From Hypanus sabinus (Eukaryota): a DNA stretch of 64,000 bases. Every line of letters starts with the position of its first letter. Position 1 is the first letter of the stretch. The stretch covers positions 19,282,001-19,346,000 of the forward strand of contig NC_082728.1 of assembly GCF_030144855.1 (NCBI RefSeq), given 5' to 3'. Shown here in pieces: positions 12,047 to 24,679 of the stretch. Both the position numbers and the translations under genes were made by a program. Below the pieces are notes generated by a model. That model saw nothing but the letters and a program-made list of their open reading frames with translations. It did not search any database and was not told the origin of the DNA.

Positions 12047-12984
12047 GCGATTGCATGCCGACAAACCTGAAAAAAAATACAAAGTCTCTAAGAATATTTT
12101 TACCTAAGCCATTAGAAATAGCTGCAAGCTCTAAATTTAGGGCAAAGATCCAGTTGCCGAGTAAGCCAATTAGTGAGTAAATGATATCATCGTTGTATTC
12201 CAATTTTGGTGCCTCCTGTGATTGGTTTGTGTATGAAATAGTAGAAGATAATTCTAGTTACAATTGTTTTGCATCCAAAATGACATAAACATTTGAAAGG
12301 TTGCTGCAAAGATGGAAATAACATTCAAAATTCTGTAGATTTTCACAAAAGGTTCACCAAAGGTTTCAATCTAATTCAGAGAAATGCATCTTTAATGCTT
12401 ATGTTAAATTTTTAACTACCGACAGTCACAATGACAGTTTTAAATAAACACTTCTGAGCAGGGCAACAAAATCAAGTCTAAGGTGTACTAGTTTGGCCAC
12501 CTTCTCCCATTGCCATGGTCTTCCATCACCTCAGAATTGTTGGTTCAAAATGTTGCAATTTAGTTACCAAGAGAAAGCTCATATTTTGACAGTTTGCAGT
12601 TCCAAGATTTCAATTTGGCGGCTCATTCAACAACGAAGTAGGGGGATTCTGCTCTATTTCTCCACAAGCGGCAACATCGAAAAACAGACAGGTTCTCGAT
12701 GAAGGAAATCGTGTACAGTGTTGTGAGTTGAGACTGGCTCAGACTGTTCAGTAAAGGGTCAAGAAGCAAATTCCAGCAAGTTCAGCCTGATACCATGGAT
12801 GGGAAGTGCTGTAACACTGAAAATGTACACCGTGAACTGGAGGGAAAATGGAGTGAGGAAATTAATAGGACACACAACAAGTACACCAGTGTAGCACTTC
12901 TGGTGAAACTGGGTGAATCAGAAGATGAGAGAGAAAGAGGAACATGAGGGACATGGGTAATCTGAAATTGGGAAGTACAAGTCC

Positions 12985-13150
12985 CTGATGAGTCCTTTTG
13001 AAGGGTCTTGGCCCGAAACATCAACTGTTTACTCTCTTCCATAGATGCTGGCTGGCCTGCTGAGTTCCTCCAGCATTGCTTGGAAAATACTACGTTCATA
13101 CCAATGGGTTGTGGACTACCCAAGTGGAATATGAAGGGCTATTCTTCTGG
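12985..13150. mobile_element. Penelope-like hammerhead/tail (+) abutting an inverted internal piece (-)
   Basis: GAGTC-CTTTTGA-AGGGTCTTGGCCC-GAAA-CATC-AACTG at 12990-13027, tail to 13078, then the reverse complement of the ctcatattc..gggtagtc..atgaac segment. Confidence 0.7.
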
Positions 13151-13189
13151 TTAAGTTGTGGACAGTTCTGCTGTGTCTTCAATGACCAT

Positions 13190-14005
13190 TTCTGTCTGCG
13201 GCTTGCATGCCATTTCAGCTCTCCCCACCCCCCACTGCCCTCAGCCTTCTCCATTTGTCAGAACGAGGCCAAACACAGATAAGAAGAATAACACCTCATA
13301 TTCTGTATGGGTAGTCTATGACACAATCTATTAGTGTGTGGCTCATGGCCAAGTGGTTAAGGCGTTGGTCTAGTGATCTGAGGGTTGCTAGTTCGAGTCT
13401 CAGCTGAGGCAGCGTGTTGTGTCCTTGAGCAAGGCACTTAACCACACATTGCTCTGCGACAACATCGGTGCCAAGCTGTATGGGTCCTAATGCCCTTCCC
13501 TTGGACAACATCGGTGGTATGGAGAGGGGAGACTTGCAGCTTGGGCAACTGCTGGTCTTCCATACACCATTGCCCAGGCCTCAGTCATCATCGAAAATCA
13601 ATGGACAGCCAAAGAAGATGAAGTCTATAACCCAACTGTATGAACACTGAATTCTTCAATTTCAGATACCATGTGCCTCAGGTATTCCTTTTCTTCCCCT
13701 TTTGATCCACCCAGATTCTCCCAATACCCCCATGACCCCTCCAATAACCCACCATCCCCTCATTCATCTGGTTTAGTCTGTCTATCACCCACTTCAGCAA
13801 CCCATGGGAATCCCACCCTCCTCTACTTATAACAAACCCTCACCTGCCAGTTCCTGCCTCACTCCCTCCTCTCACCTCTCTACACCAGCTATCTGCCCTC
13901 TGTATTTTCAGTCCCAGTGCAGGATCTTGATCCAAGTGGTGAATCATCCCTTAGTTTCCACAGATGCTGCCTCACCCACTGAGTTCCTTCACCTGTCTGC
14001 ATTTT
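13190..14005 (+). mobile_element. Older Penelope-like 3' fragment interrupted by a SINE
   Basis: gaggccaaacacagataagaagaataacacctcatattctg, then a C/T-rich tract and the tail ttccacagatgctgcctcacccactgagttcc. Confidence 0.7.
13335..13621 (+). mobile_element. tRNA-derived CORE-type SINE with GAA-type tail
   Basis: A box TGGCCAAGTGG, B box GTTCGAGTC, CORE-like gtgtccttgagcaaggcacttaacc, tail gaagatgaag. TSD AGTCTATGACACAA (13313-13326) / AGTCTATAACCCAA (13622-13635). Confidence 0.85.
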
Positions 14006-15649
14006 GATCAATGCAAATTAGCAAATTTTATAAAATGTAATGACATAAGAATCTCTTTCTTCTTCATATCATCTGGCACAAGTAGAACAGATTATGGAAG
14101 AATATATTAAAGTGCAGTTGGAACAGATTAAGTAAGTTATCAGAAAACAATGATATTCAATAATCTCCCTGAGGCAATTTCTTACTCAAGCATGGAACAG
14201 TTTCTCAGACTACCCTGAAGTCCACACCTGCAAACTCTTGATGAAGAGATTTAGAGTATGTCTGAGTTTTTGGGTTAAATTTGATTCTGAGAGTTGAACA
14301 GAAGCAGTTGAGGTAAACAGTCCAGGACAAGCCTCTCTCAGCAGTGCCCCACCCTCAACTACTCTGAACAAACATAGTGTCAAGGAAAAGACCATGCTTG
14401 TGTTCTCAGCCCTCCTGTCAGGTCTAGCTCACAGAAGTGTATGCAGAGGAGCAGAAGAAAGAGATACCTGGCCAAAACTGGTGATGAAATTGGCAATGTT
14501 CATTTGTTTTCTGGTAGTAATAACCTGTGGACAGTAATCTAATCGATCATGAAATTGTGTTTGAGTCGAGCCCAGTACAAATTTCAGGAGAGCAAGTGCC
14601 AAATTCAAATCTGATACAGAAACAGACACTCTTTGAGTTCATAGCCAGAACTTTACAGTCCAGAGAATGATTCAACACGAAAACCTGTAACAAGAACAAG
14701 GGTACTCCAAAAAGCAACTATTAGATGAGATTTAAATGGGTCATTCATTAAATCTTTATGCAGGTACATCTCTTACTTCTCAAATAAAAAGGGTAAAAGA
14801 GCGTAATACATCTCAAAGCAAAAATCATGCTTTTGTCTTATATCCAAGTGTGTGCATGAATCTGAGATTCTGATTCACGGGGGATTCTTGCACTGTGCTT
14901 CTTTTTAACAATGTAACAATGCCATAGAAAAACTTTGGATTTACAGCAACAGCTTAGAAATATTTACACAGTTAGTCTTTTTGTTTTCCTGCAAGGAAAC
15001 CTCCACCTCTTTGGCTGCAGAGAAACTGTGCCTCAACGTGTTTACTGTAAAACAATAAATACCTTAAAGAAAATGAAAATAAACGAACACTACAAATGGT
15101 TTGAAACTAAAAAGTCACATCACAGTTTCAATGCTGTGAAACTGTATTGAGTATGGCAGTATATAGTGACATAAATGTACTTTGATAATAAACGACCCCC
15201 TTCAAAGGCAAGCCAGTTTACAGGACGGCATACAGAGCCCTTGTAAAAAAATAAATGCTAAGACAGCAATCTGGATAAAGATCCAATTGTTTCATGATGA
15301 CCTATGGCTGAGTATTAACTATTAAAATCACTCACAATTACCTTCTCCTTTAATTATGGCTATATTCTGGAACTGGACACAGAAAAGAGCCACTCAGTTT
15401 TAATGAACATTGCTCCATTCAGCTTCCACAGCAGCCCTGTACTTCTGAGGGTTGGTTCACTCCAAGCTAATAGTCAGCAAGTGTTTAAGGAAGCCTGATT
15501 CCACAAGTCGGAACTGATTGTGCCACACATTTCCCAGCCTGTGGACATCTTCACACAAAGTAGGATGGCTTGGTCCAAAGCTTTAGTTGTCATTATCACG
15601 AAGGGACCCCTTTCAGCCTCCGACTCGCTCTCTTGCAAACTCTGGTGAA

Positions 15650-15866
15650 ATGATGCACTTAGCCAAGAACACTTTGTAATTAATTTAGATCACTTTGTAG
15701 AGGTATGTTTTCACTTTGATGCAAAAGGGTATTTTTCTGTTGATCCGTGTCAAAAAAAAAGCAAAATTAAATCCATCTGATTCAATGTTGTAAGACAATA
15801 CAACATGAAAACTTCTGGGAGTGGGGGGGGGGGTGGCGGGGCGTGAATACTTTTTATAGGCGCTGA
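15650..15866. mobile_element. Tc1-type transposon terminal fragment
   Basis: Ends ..gtgaatactttttataggcgctg, resembling a Tc1 terminus (..gtgaatacttt....cactgTA). Confidence 0.55.
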
Positions 15867-16075
15867 ACTAAATGGCTCCAGACCTGGCAAAATCCTGGCA
15901 ATTCTTTCTGAACCCTCTCTAGCATTATCACACCCTTTCAATACTGTGGTGACTAGAGCTACATGCATCTAACATCTAACAACATCAACATCTAACAAGT
16001 GTTGTATAAAGTTGGAGCATAATCCTTTTGCTTTTGTTCTCAGTGCCTTGACTAATGCAGGCTAGTATACCATAT

Positions 16076-16185
16076 ACACAAGAAGGTCTGCAGATGCTGG
16101 AAACCGAGAGCAAGAGACAGAAAATGCTGGAGGAACTCAGCAAGTCAGGCAGCGCCTACGGAAATGAATAGGCAGTCGTCGTTTC
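16076..16185 (-). mobile_element. 110-bp Penelope-like tail insertion with TSD
   Basis: Flanked by ATACCATAT (16067-16075) / ATACCATGT (16186-16194); minus strand begins GAAACGACGACTG, the 3' half of the hammerhead. Confidence 0.75.
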
Positions 16186-16777
16186 ATACCATGTGGCTAA
16201 GTCACCACATTACCGACATGCGCTGCACCTTCAACGTCTTCGGACTTCACTTCACATCCCTCTGATCCTCGATATTTTCAAGGAATTTATCTTTCACTCT
16301 GCACATATCCAAGTTAAATTCGACCTGCAGTTGTCTGGCCAAATTTCCCAGTTGACCAAGATCCTATTGTAACTTTAGATGACCTTCTTCACTCTCCATC
16401 ACACCACCAGATTGGGTATCATCTGTAAACTTACTAATCATGCCATCTATCCAAACAACAGGGAACACAGCACTAGTCATAATGGCACACCATTGGTTGC
16501 AGGCCTTTGTTCTAAACCCTCCAATTCTGAATCAACTTGGCTAGCTCGCTCCAGAGACCACAGGAGCTAATATTTCTGACCAGTCTACCAGGCAAAGCTT
16601 CGTTGAAGTCCATGTAGGCAACATGTGTTTCCTGGCTTCGTCAATCCTCTCAGTCACCTCTTCAAAAAGTCAGATATGGTTTCCCATACACAAAGTCACA
16701 CTACCTTTCCAAATGCAAAGAAGTCCTATCCTTCAGTGACTTATCCACCATCGATGTTAGGCTCACTGGGCCTGTAG

Positions 16778-16935
16778 TTAGAACATAGAGCATACAGCAC
16801 AGTACAGGCCCTTCAGCCCACAATGCCATGCTGACCTTTTAACCTAATCTGTCAATCTAACCATTCCCTTCTACATAGCCCTCCATTTTTCTATCATACA
16901 TATGCCGATCTAAGAGTTTCTTAAATTCTCCTACC
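16778..16935 (-). mobile_element. CR1-type 3' end nested in the older CR1
   Basis: tagaacatagagcatacagcacagtacaggcccttcagccc is the reverse complement of the CR1 tail. Confidence 0.8.
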
Positions 16936-18974
16936 TGGCTTGTCCTTGCCATCCTTACATAAACAGACAACATTAGCCACCTTCTAGTACACTGGTATCT
17001 TACTTCAGCTAAGAAAAGTACAAGGATTTCTCCTAGGTCCCCAGAATATTTTTCTTGACTTCCCACAATGTCCTGAAATACACCTGGTCAGACCCTGAGG
17101 GCTTATCCACCTAATCCACTTCTACACCTCCTCTTTTACAATATCAGTATGTTTCCAGTCATCACTATTTCCTTCCATGAGTTTTCTAGCTTCTGTTAAC
17201 TTATCCATGCAGTAAATACATTCAAGAGATATTAATTAAAGATCTCCTCCAACTACAGTGACTCCACACAGCGACCATTTTTAAGGAAGCATATCCACTT
17301 CCTAATTTACCTTTTGCTCTTAATAGACCATCTTGTAAGATTCTCCTTTACCTTATCTGCTAAGGATATCCCATGTCACCTTCTTGCTCTCCAGATTTCA
17401 TTCTTTTGCATATCATAAATCCCTTACAGATTTGCTGTAACCTAAGATTACCCTTTACACTGTCAACAATTCCACCAGTTTTTGGGAAAATGAAATCCCT
17501 GCATACTATAGTGCTACTTTAATGATATCCTGCAATTTGCCCACATAACTGTTCCCCTATTTCCTGCTGATTGTTATGATCATACCCACAAATGTGACTG
17601 AACCCATTTTATTTGTAATCTCTGTCCAAATGCCCTCATGTAGAAGCATGAAGCCATACAAATGGAGATTAAGAATAAAATAGGATGGGATGAGAATAGA
17701 ATTAGCTATGTCTTATGCTCCTACAGCATCATAAATTCATTCTGCTGGAGTGAGGCTGCTTCTCTGTGTCAGGAAATAAAGGTAGCTTGAAATCCATTTC
17801 TCCCCGCTTCAATCTGAAAGCATCCTCCATGCCTTTGCTGGGGCTGTTTGCTGTGTGGCCAAGAACTTCCACCAGGAAAAGCAACAGGATGTTTTCCTAA
17901 GATCAGGGCTGGAACTCAGTCCACGGGAATTCATTCTTTCCCCTCCATGGATCAAAATCACTTAATTTCAGACCAGTTCAGATTGGCCCTCCGGCTAGGT
18001 CTTAAATGTTGAGTACTTATGTAAATAAGAAATCACAATGGAATACAAACATTGGAAAATCCATTCCTTGTGTTTGAGGCATTGCCAACTAACTCTGTCC
18101 AGGAACGTGAAACAAAAAGTAGACAGTTTAAAAGAAATCATTCTGCGAACTCTCACTTTACATGATTTTTATTTTGAGTTTCAAACTGTAAGCTGTCCAG
18201 TCAGTTCTTGTAGACGCAGACTCCCACGGCTCACTGCCACTCAAGTCCGTCAACTGATTGCCTCCAGTAACACCATAACAATAGCATTAGGAGTGGATTT
18301 AACTTAAGCTTCTCTCTGGGAAAATACATCTGGGCAGCTATTTCTTACATCACTTCCCTTGTAATGGTTCTCAGATTTTTAGTAATTTCATCTTTATTCC
18401 CAGAGCCGAAGGACATCAGGGAGAAGGAAGCATGTTTTAAAACAACATTTCTTGGCAGCAAGGTCATAAAGCATCAGCAACTCAAACTTATGCACAGTGC
18501 TCTACTGTTTACTTAATGCAAGTTTTCTTGTTACTTGAGTAACAAGGCCCGATTGGGTCTCTTTCTGGCACGAGTACAAACTAGGACACAATGATGCCTT
18601 ACTTGTGTCCTATATAAAGACAGTTTTCATCTTTGGACAAAGTAGCACTGAAGATGTATGTGAATGATACACTAACATGGCTTAAGTTCCCTCCCACACA
18701 AGATTCAGTGTCAGGAAGGAACTCCCATTATTTTATGCTTTAAAAAAAAACAAAAAGGTTTTGTTCATTCTATGAAACTGGAGTCTATTTATTATTTTCT
18801 TCCCTCCCCCATGATATCTGGATTTGGTATATTAGGACATTCATGGCAAAGTTCTTGAGCTGTTCTGTTGAGAAAAGTAAGGCAGCTACCCCGCCTGCCA
18901 ATTTTGAGGAAGCCTTACCGAGCTGATTGAAGTTCCTCCATCACCTTGCACTGAAGGCCAATTGTTTGATGAAA

Positions 18975-19452
18975 AGTAGAGTCATTGAGTCATAGAGCAC
19001 TACAGCACATAAACAGGCCCTTTGGCCCATCTATTCCATGCCAAACTATTATTCTCCTGAGTCCCATCAATCTGTATCTGAACCATATCCCTCCATACCC
19101 CTTCTATCCATATAAGTATCCAAACTTCTCCTAAACATTGAAATCAAAATCATATCCAACACTTGTGCTGACAGCTTGTTCCACACTCTTACCATCCTCT
19201 GAGTCAAGAAGTTTCCACTCATGTTCCCCTTAAACATTTCACCTTTCACCCTTAACCCATGACCTCTAGTTCTAGACTCATCTAACCTCAGTGGAAAAAG
19301 CTTGCTTACCTTTACCCTATCTATACCCCTCATAATTCTGTATACCTCTATCATATCCCTCCCTCTTCTAAGTTCCAGGAAATAACATCCTAATCTGTAC
19401 AATTTTTCCCTGTAACACAGATCCTGAAGTCCCAGCACCATTCTTGTAAAGT
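18975..19452 (-). mobile_element. CR1-type LINE 3' fragment
   Basis: ORF 19067-19441 reads LELRRGRDMIEVYRIMRGIDRV..RTRGHGLRVKG..FLTQRMVRVWNKL; tail (gagtcata)n. Confidence 0.9.
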
Positions 19453-19779
19453 AGCAAAGAACTTACACTGCTCACATTTGGTGTGAGAATGAGCCCCAAG
19501 GTTCAACATGAAAACTGGGTACTGAGTGAGAGTGAATGCCTGGGATTAGTTTTGAAATCTCTTTGTTTGGACACGAGCAATGAGAACCCTAACATGTGTT
19601 TTTTTTTCATTCACGTTACACAGATAGTTGATACCAAAGAGGGAGTAAAGACTGGAGCACAGCTCCAGCAACCTTGCTGGAGTCCTGACCTATGGTGCTC
19701 TTTACGTGGAGTTCACACGCTCTCCCTGTGATCTCATCGATTTCGTCCAGGTGGTATCAGATTCCCCCCACATCCGCAC

Positions 19780-20325
19780 AGGCTGCCATCAGGAAAAAAG
19801 CACGGAAGCCTCAGGATTCACACCACCAAGTTCAGGAACCCTTCAACCATCCTGTTACTGAACCAGAGCGGATAACTTCAGTGAAGTTTACTCACCTCAA
19901 CACTGAACTTTTCCCACAACTATGGACTCACTTTCAAGGACTCTTCATCACATGTTTAATATTTACTGCTTATTTAATTATTATTATCATTTATTGGTTT
20001 TTTCTTGTATTTGTAGTTTATTATGCTTTGTACATTGATTGTTTTTTGTGAGTGGTGTCTCGCTGATTCCATTGCCCTCTTCTCATTACTACCAAATGGG
20101 AGATGTACAGACGTCTGCAGACCCAAAGTGAACAATTCAGAAAGAACTCTTCCCCTCCACCATCAGAATAGCCCATGAGTTCATGAATACTACCTCATTA
20201 TTCTATTATTAGCATTATATTTATTTGGTAATTTATAGAAATGTTATGTCTGCGCTATACTGCTGCCGCAAACATTAACTTTCGCATCATATAAGACAGT
20301 GATAATAAACCTGATTCTGATTCGG
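19780..20325 (+). mobile_element. Two tandem Rex1-type 3' fragments
   Basis: Two successive LPS/N.R.(Y)R.L..(T)RF.NS segments, each followed by an AT-rich UTR; ends aataaacctgattctgatt. Confidence 0.7.
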
Positions 20326-20444
20326 AAAACGATGCTTAATGGTCAGTATGGACTCAATGGGCTGAGGGGTGGCTACCATGCTGTATCTACGACTCTATAA
20401 ATTAAAAACAGGTCAATATTTGTATTTCTAAAGAAGTTTGGTGT

Positions 20445-20571
20445 GAACAACAACTGAAGCTCTTTACCATGTCTGCGTTCTTTTATGCATTGAGTTGCTG
20501 CCATGTGATTGGATGATTAGCTATTTACATTAATAGACAGGTGTACCTAATAAAGTGAGCACTGAGTGTAC
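20445..20571 (-). mobile_element. Tc1 terminal fragment (same family as 11508-12046)
   Basis: caggtgtacctaataaagtgagcactgagtgTA. Confidence 0.8.
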
Positions 20572-20621
20572 ATAGCATAAAGCAAAAGTGACACCAAGCT
20601 GAGAGATAATTAGAGAGTGGT

Positions 20622-21090
20622 AACACACACAAAATGCTGGAGGAACTCTGCAGGCCAGGTAACAAAATGAATAAACAGTCAACGTTTCAGCATGAGAAAG
20701 GAAGGGGGAAGGTGACAGAATAGAATGGTTGGGGGAGGGGGTGGTAAGATGTTAGCTTGAAGGTGATAGGTGAAGCCAGGTGGGTGGGCATGGTAAAGGG
20801 CTGGAGAGAAAGGAAGGAATCTGATAGGAGAGGAGAGTGGACCATAGAAGAAAGGGAAGGAGCAGGGGACCCAGGGTGAGACGATAGGCAGGTGAGAAGA
20901 GGGAAGGGGGAGGGATTTTTTATCAGAAGGAGAAATTGATATTTATGCCATCAGGTGAATATGAGGTGTTGCTCCTTCACCCTGAAGCTGGCCTTATCAT
21001 GGCAGAAGAGGAGGCCATGGACTGACATGTCGTAATCGGAATGGGAATTAAAATATTTCACCATCAGGAAGTTCTGCTTTTGGCGGAACT
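20622..21090 (-). mobile_element. Penelope-like 3' fragment
   Basis: Reverse tail acacacacaaaatgctggaggaactc, hammerhead half cagtcaacgtttc, purine tract, and gaggaggccatggactgacatgtcg. Confidence 0.85.
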
Positions 21091-21649
21091 TTTTCTGAAA
21101 GGTAGATTAAAACACGTGAACAGGAAAGAGAATTACGCTGTTTGAAGTGGTAATTAAACCTAATAGTAAGGCAGGGTTGAATTACAGATGTGTAAACTAT
21201 CACAAGTGAGTCTTGGATATGAAATTACATACTATATCCAAAATACATCAGCATCGAGCATTAAGAGAGACAGAAAACAAAATGATGACAATTCAGGTAG
21301 AGAGTTGCACTCGAGGGGATCTCATTTACTTTCAGTGACAGGAATTCAACCAGAAAACAAGCTGAAAACCAATAAATAAACTAGCATCAAATGACCAGTA
21401 AAACATGCATTAAATAAACAAAACATTAATATCTCTTCCTTGAAGTTAAATATTATGTGCAGTGAAGATGGAGTCATATGCCATGAAAACAATTCTAACA
21501 GAATGAAATATGGATGAAACAGGAGGCAATTTACAAGAGAAATTTACAATAGAACTGAAATATTCAAGTGAAACTCAAACTGTTCTTTGCACATTTTCCC
21601 AGAAAAGTAATTTCTCAAAAAATTAAGTCCTCATATGGCATAATCAAAG

Positions 21650-21937
21650 TTTATTTATTTATTAAGCTACAGCGTGGAGTAGGCCCTTCCTGTCCTTCGA
21701 GTGCACAGCCCAGCAATCCCCCAATTTAATCCTACCCTAACCATGGGACAATCTACAATGACCAATTAATCTGCCAACCGGCATATCTTTGTGACTGTGG
21801 GAGGAAAACACAGCACCTGGAGGAAACCTACATGTGCACAGGGAGAGCATACAAGGTTCTTACAGGCACTGGCGGGATTTGAACTCCGGTCACCTGAACT
21901 GTAAAGCATTTTGCTAACCACTATGCTACTGTGCCAC
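21650..21937 (-). mobile_element. V-SINE
   Basis: (ttta)n tail, reverse V domain gactgtgggaggaaaacacagcacctggaggaaacc, reverse tRNA head ..gctaaccactatgctactgtgcc. Confidence 0.85.
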
Positions 21938-21994
21938 TCAAAATTGTTTGCCTCGTCGTTTAATTTTGACCGTTTGTGTAATTTTCCAACTTTC

Positions 21995-22325
21995 CACAGG
22001 CTGTTTCCACCGAGGTTGGATGAGGCTAAAACTAGAGATCATAGGTTAAGGGTAAAAGGTCAAATATTTAAAGAGAACATGAGAGGGCACTTCTTCTCTC
22101 AGTGGGTGGTAGAAGTGTGGAAAAAGCTGCCAGTGGAAGTAGTCGGTGTCGGTTCAATTTCAATATTTCAGAAGAATTTGGATAGGTACATAGTTGGGGA
22201 GGGGGTATGGAGGGCTATGGTCTGGGTGCAGGTTGATTGGACCAGGCAGATTAACAGTTTGGCATGGACTAGATATTCTGAAAGGCCTACTCCTGTGCTG
22301 AAGTGTTGCATGATTTTATGATTCT
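21995..22325 (+). mobile_element. CR1-type LINE 3' fragment
   Basis: LFPPRLDEAKTRDHRLRVKG..FFSQWVVEVWKKLP in ORF 21911-22321. Confidence 0.85.
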
Positions 22326-22499
22326 AATTTTGCTGTGCTCTGCACTTCTCTGTATAATAGGTGCACAAAAAGCATTTTGCTAATTGCAAAACATCTCGGG
22401 ATAACCAGGGAAAGCAAAAGGTACAAGATTCTTTATCCTTTTGGAATCCAACAGATCAAGAATTCATTAAAATATAATCTGTAAAGCCAAGTTTCCATT

Positions 22500-23092
22500 G
22501 TGTGCTGCGTCTGCGAGGCTGAGTCTGGCAGCGCCGTGGAAATCCATAGCGGGGATATTCCCTTCTGCCGCCTGCGTGAGATGACGAGTGAATCAGGACC
22601 CTGAGAACTTGTGGAAACTGTCTGGTGGTTTCTTTCGAACTTATAGTCTTTTAACATCTTTGGACTATTTTTACTGTGCCCGTGGTCTGTTTTTTTAATC
22701 AATTATGGTATTGTTTGCACTGTTGTAACTATATGTTAACTATAACTATATGTAACTATGTGGTTTTGTGTAGGTCTTGTAGCTTTAGTTTTTGGTTTGT
22801 TGGGGGGTAGAGTTGGTCTCCTTACTTGGTGTGTCTGGGTAGTCTTGTTTTGTCTGGTGGGTTTGGAGCTCCTTTCCGGGTAACGCGCTAAGATGGTAGT
22901 GTGACATTAATACGCAGCAGCCTCTCCGGACTCTGGATTTGGGGATTGCCAAACGTTATGTGGATTTTTTGGTGCAGTCTGTTTTGTCGTGTGCTTTTGT
23001 GATATCATTCTGGAGGAACGTTGTTTCATTTTTTAACCGCATTGCAGTTGTGGTTTCTAAATGACAAAAAACCAAAATTCAATTCAATTCAA
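22500..23092 (+). mobile_element. Non-coding, CpG-retaining retroposon with a Rex1-type 3' tail
   Basis: Ends ctggaggaacgttgtttcatttt..aatgacaaaaaac..(aattc)3, like the Rex1 copies at 8620-8692 and 39078-39164, but lacks recognisable Rex1 coding sequence. Confidence 0.65.
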
Positions 23093-23329
23093 GTTGTCCT
23101 TTCATGCATATAAGGCCCTCACCCACACCCCCTGTAAAATGCCCTCACCCATTGCAGTGATTTCCAGTCACTGGTGTAATACTGTTTGATAATTTATGGC
23201 CAAGTTATGAATGAGCAGCAATAACTGAATACAACTAATCTGCTACTCACAAGCAATTACATCCAATAGGTAGAGAGGACGGAGATGATAATTTTGCACC
23301 GCAAGTGTTTATAAAATGCAACGTCAATT

Positions 23330-23835
23330 GAATTTCAACTGCCCTACACGTGACCACAATAAACTTCAAAGGGTTGTGGACACAACTCAGCACATCACCA
23401 GAACCAGCCTCCCCTCCACAGACTCTGTCCCTACTTCTCATTGCTTCAATAAAGCAGCCATCATAATCAGAGACTCCATTCATCCTGGAAATTCTTTCTT
23501 CTTCCCACCCCCCCCCCCTCCTTCTGCTGGGCAGAAGGTACAAAAGACCAGAAGCATGTATCATCAGGCTCAAAGACAGCTGCTATCCCACTGTTATCCG
23601 ACTCTTGGATGGACCACCTGCATGATAAGATAGAATCTTGACCTCACAATCTACCTCAATATGATCTTTCTCTATTGTTTACCTGCACTGCACTTCCCCT
23701 GTAACTTTTACACCATAATCTGTATTGTTATTGCTTTACCTTATTCTTCCTCAATTCACAATGTAATGATTTGATTTGTACAAACAGCAAGACAAGATTT
23801 TCACTGTATCTTGGTACATCTGACAATAATAAGTC
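23330..23835 (+). mobile_element. Rex1-type LINE 3' fragment
   Basis: DHNKLQRVVDTTQHITRTSLPS..KAAIIIRDSIHPG; UTR ends tacatctgacaataat. Confidence 0.85.
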
Positions 23836-24391
23836 AATGCAATCTGCAAATAAATGCCGATGTTTATATCAAAATTTGGAAGGGCTTGGAAAAATATGAA
23901 TGCTTCTGAGCCAGCTAATCTGTGATACATAAGAGCAGACCACTTATAATTCAAGTTACATGCTCCATACTGCTACCAGCTCAAAGGGAGCCCGATGAGA
24001 GGATAAGGTTTCGCTTGTCAGTTACAGACACTTAGACCCTAATCCAAAACAGAAAATGAAAACCACAAATAAATGAAGCTGCAGCAATTTGAAGATAAAA
24101 CTGTTCGCTGCAGCCCATCAGAACCGTGGCATCACTGATCCCACCCTCAATGGATGACACAGTTAGGAATGAGGGCAATGTATCATGTAGTTTGGCTTAT
24201 TAATACAGTCACTGTCCAGCTTGTAAGTGATGAATATGCAGTATGCAAAATGCCAGATACAAAATATATGTGCACTGCACGTTGAGAGAGAAAATCAAAG
24301 GACAGTTCTTTGTCCTCCAACGAGCCGGTTTGGTAGCAAATTCCTCTGCCTGTCATGCAGAGAAATTGTTCAAGCAGGAGCTCAGCTATAG

Positions 24392-24453
24392 TAGGAGTTC
24401 CCAAACTTTTTATGTCATGGACTAATACCACTAAGCAAGAGTTGGGAACCCCT
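24392..24453. mobile_element. Degenerate copy of a small hAT-type MITE
   Basis: taggagttcccaaac..ttttatgtcatggac..gttgggaacccct; same internal sequence as 55015-55092. Confidence 0.65.
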
Positions 24454-24679
24454 AAAACAATGCTTATATAGATGTACACCTCAAATTGAAAACAAGCTTT
24501 TGAATTCAAAGCTGAGAACCATTGATTCAGTAAAAGTGTTGACTCATAAATTTTATGGAGCTTTCCTTCAAACTGATCACTTATTTTTTGTTGGAAAAAA
24601 ATATCAGTTGACAGGATCGAAAACAAATGCATTTCTCCTCATTTTGAATGTAAATTGGGCACAATTTTCTCCCTGTTTC

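Larger units (their letters stand above)
15870..17640 (-). mobile_element. Old, heavily decayed CR1-type LINE ORF2 fragment hosting two younger insertions
   Basis: Reverse strand retains the RT SKFADDT region (gtatcatctgtaaacttactaat), a YMDF.EAF-like segment and NYRP(V)SLTS (gatgttaggctcactgggcctgtagtt). Confidence 0.75.

Noticed and set aside
12980-13027. Intact hammerhead using the upstream CTGATGA at 12985
   Set aside because: I could not form a closing stem II and stem I with that core, and the in-register core of this copy is mutated (CTTTTGA).
13335-13410. tRNA gene
   Set aside because: It has A and B boxes but continues into a SINE body with a tail and TSD, and has no complete cloverleaf.
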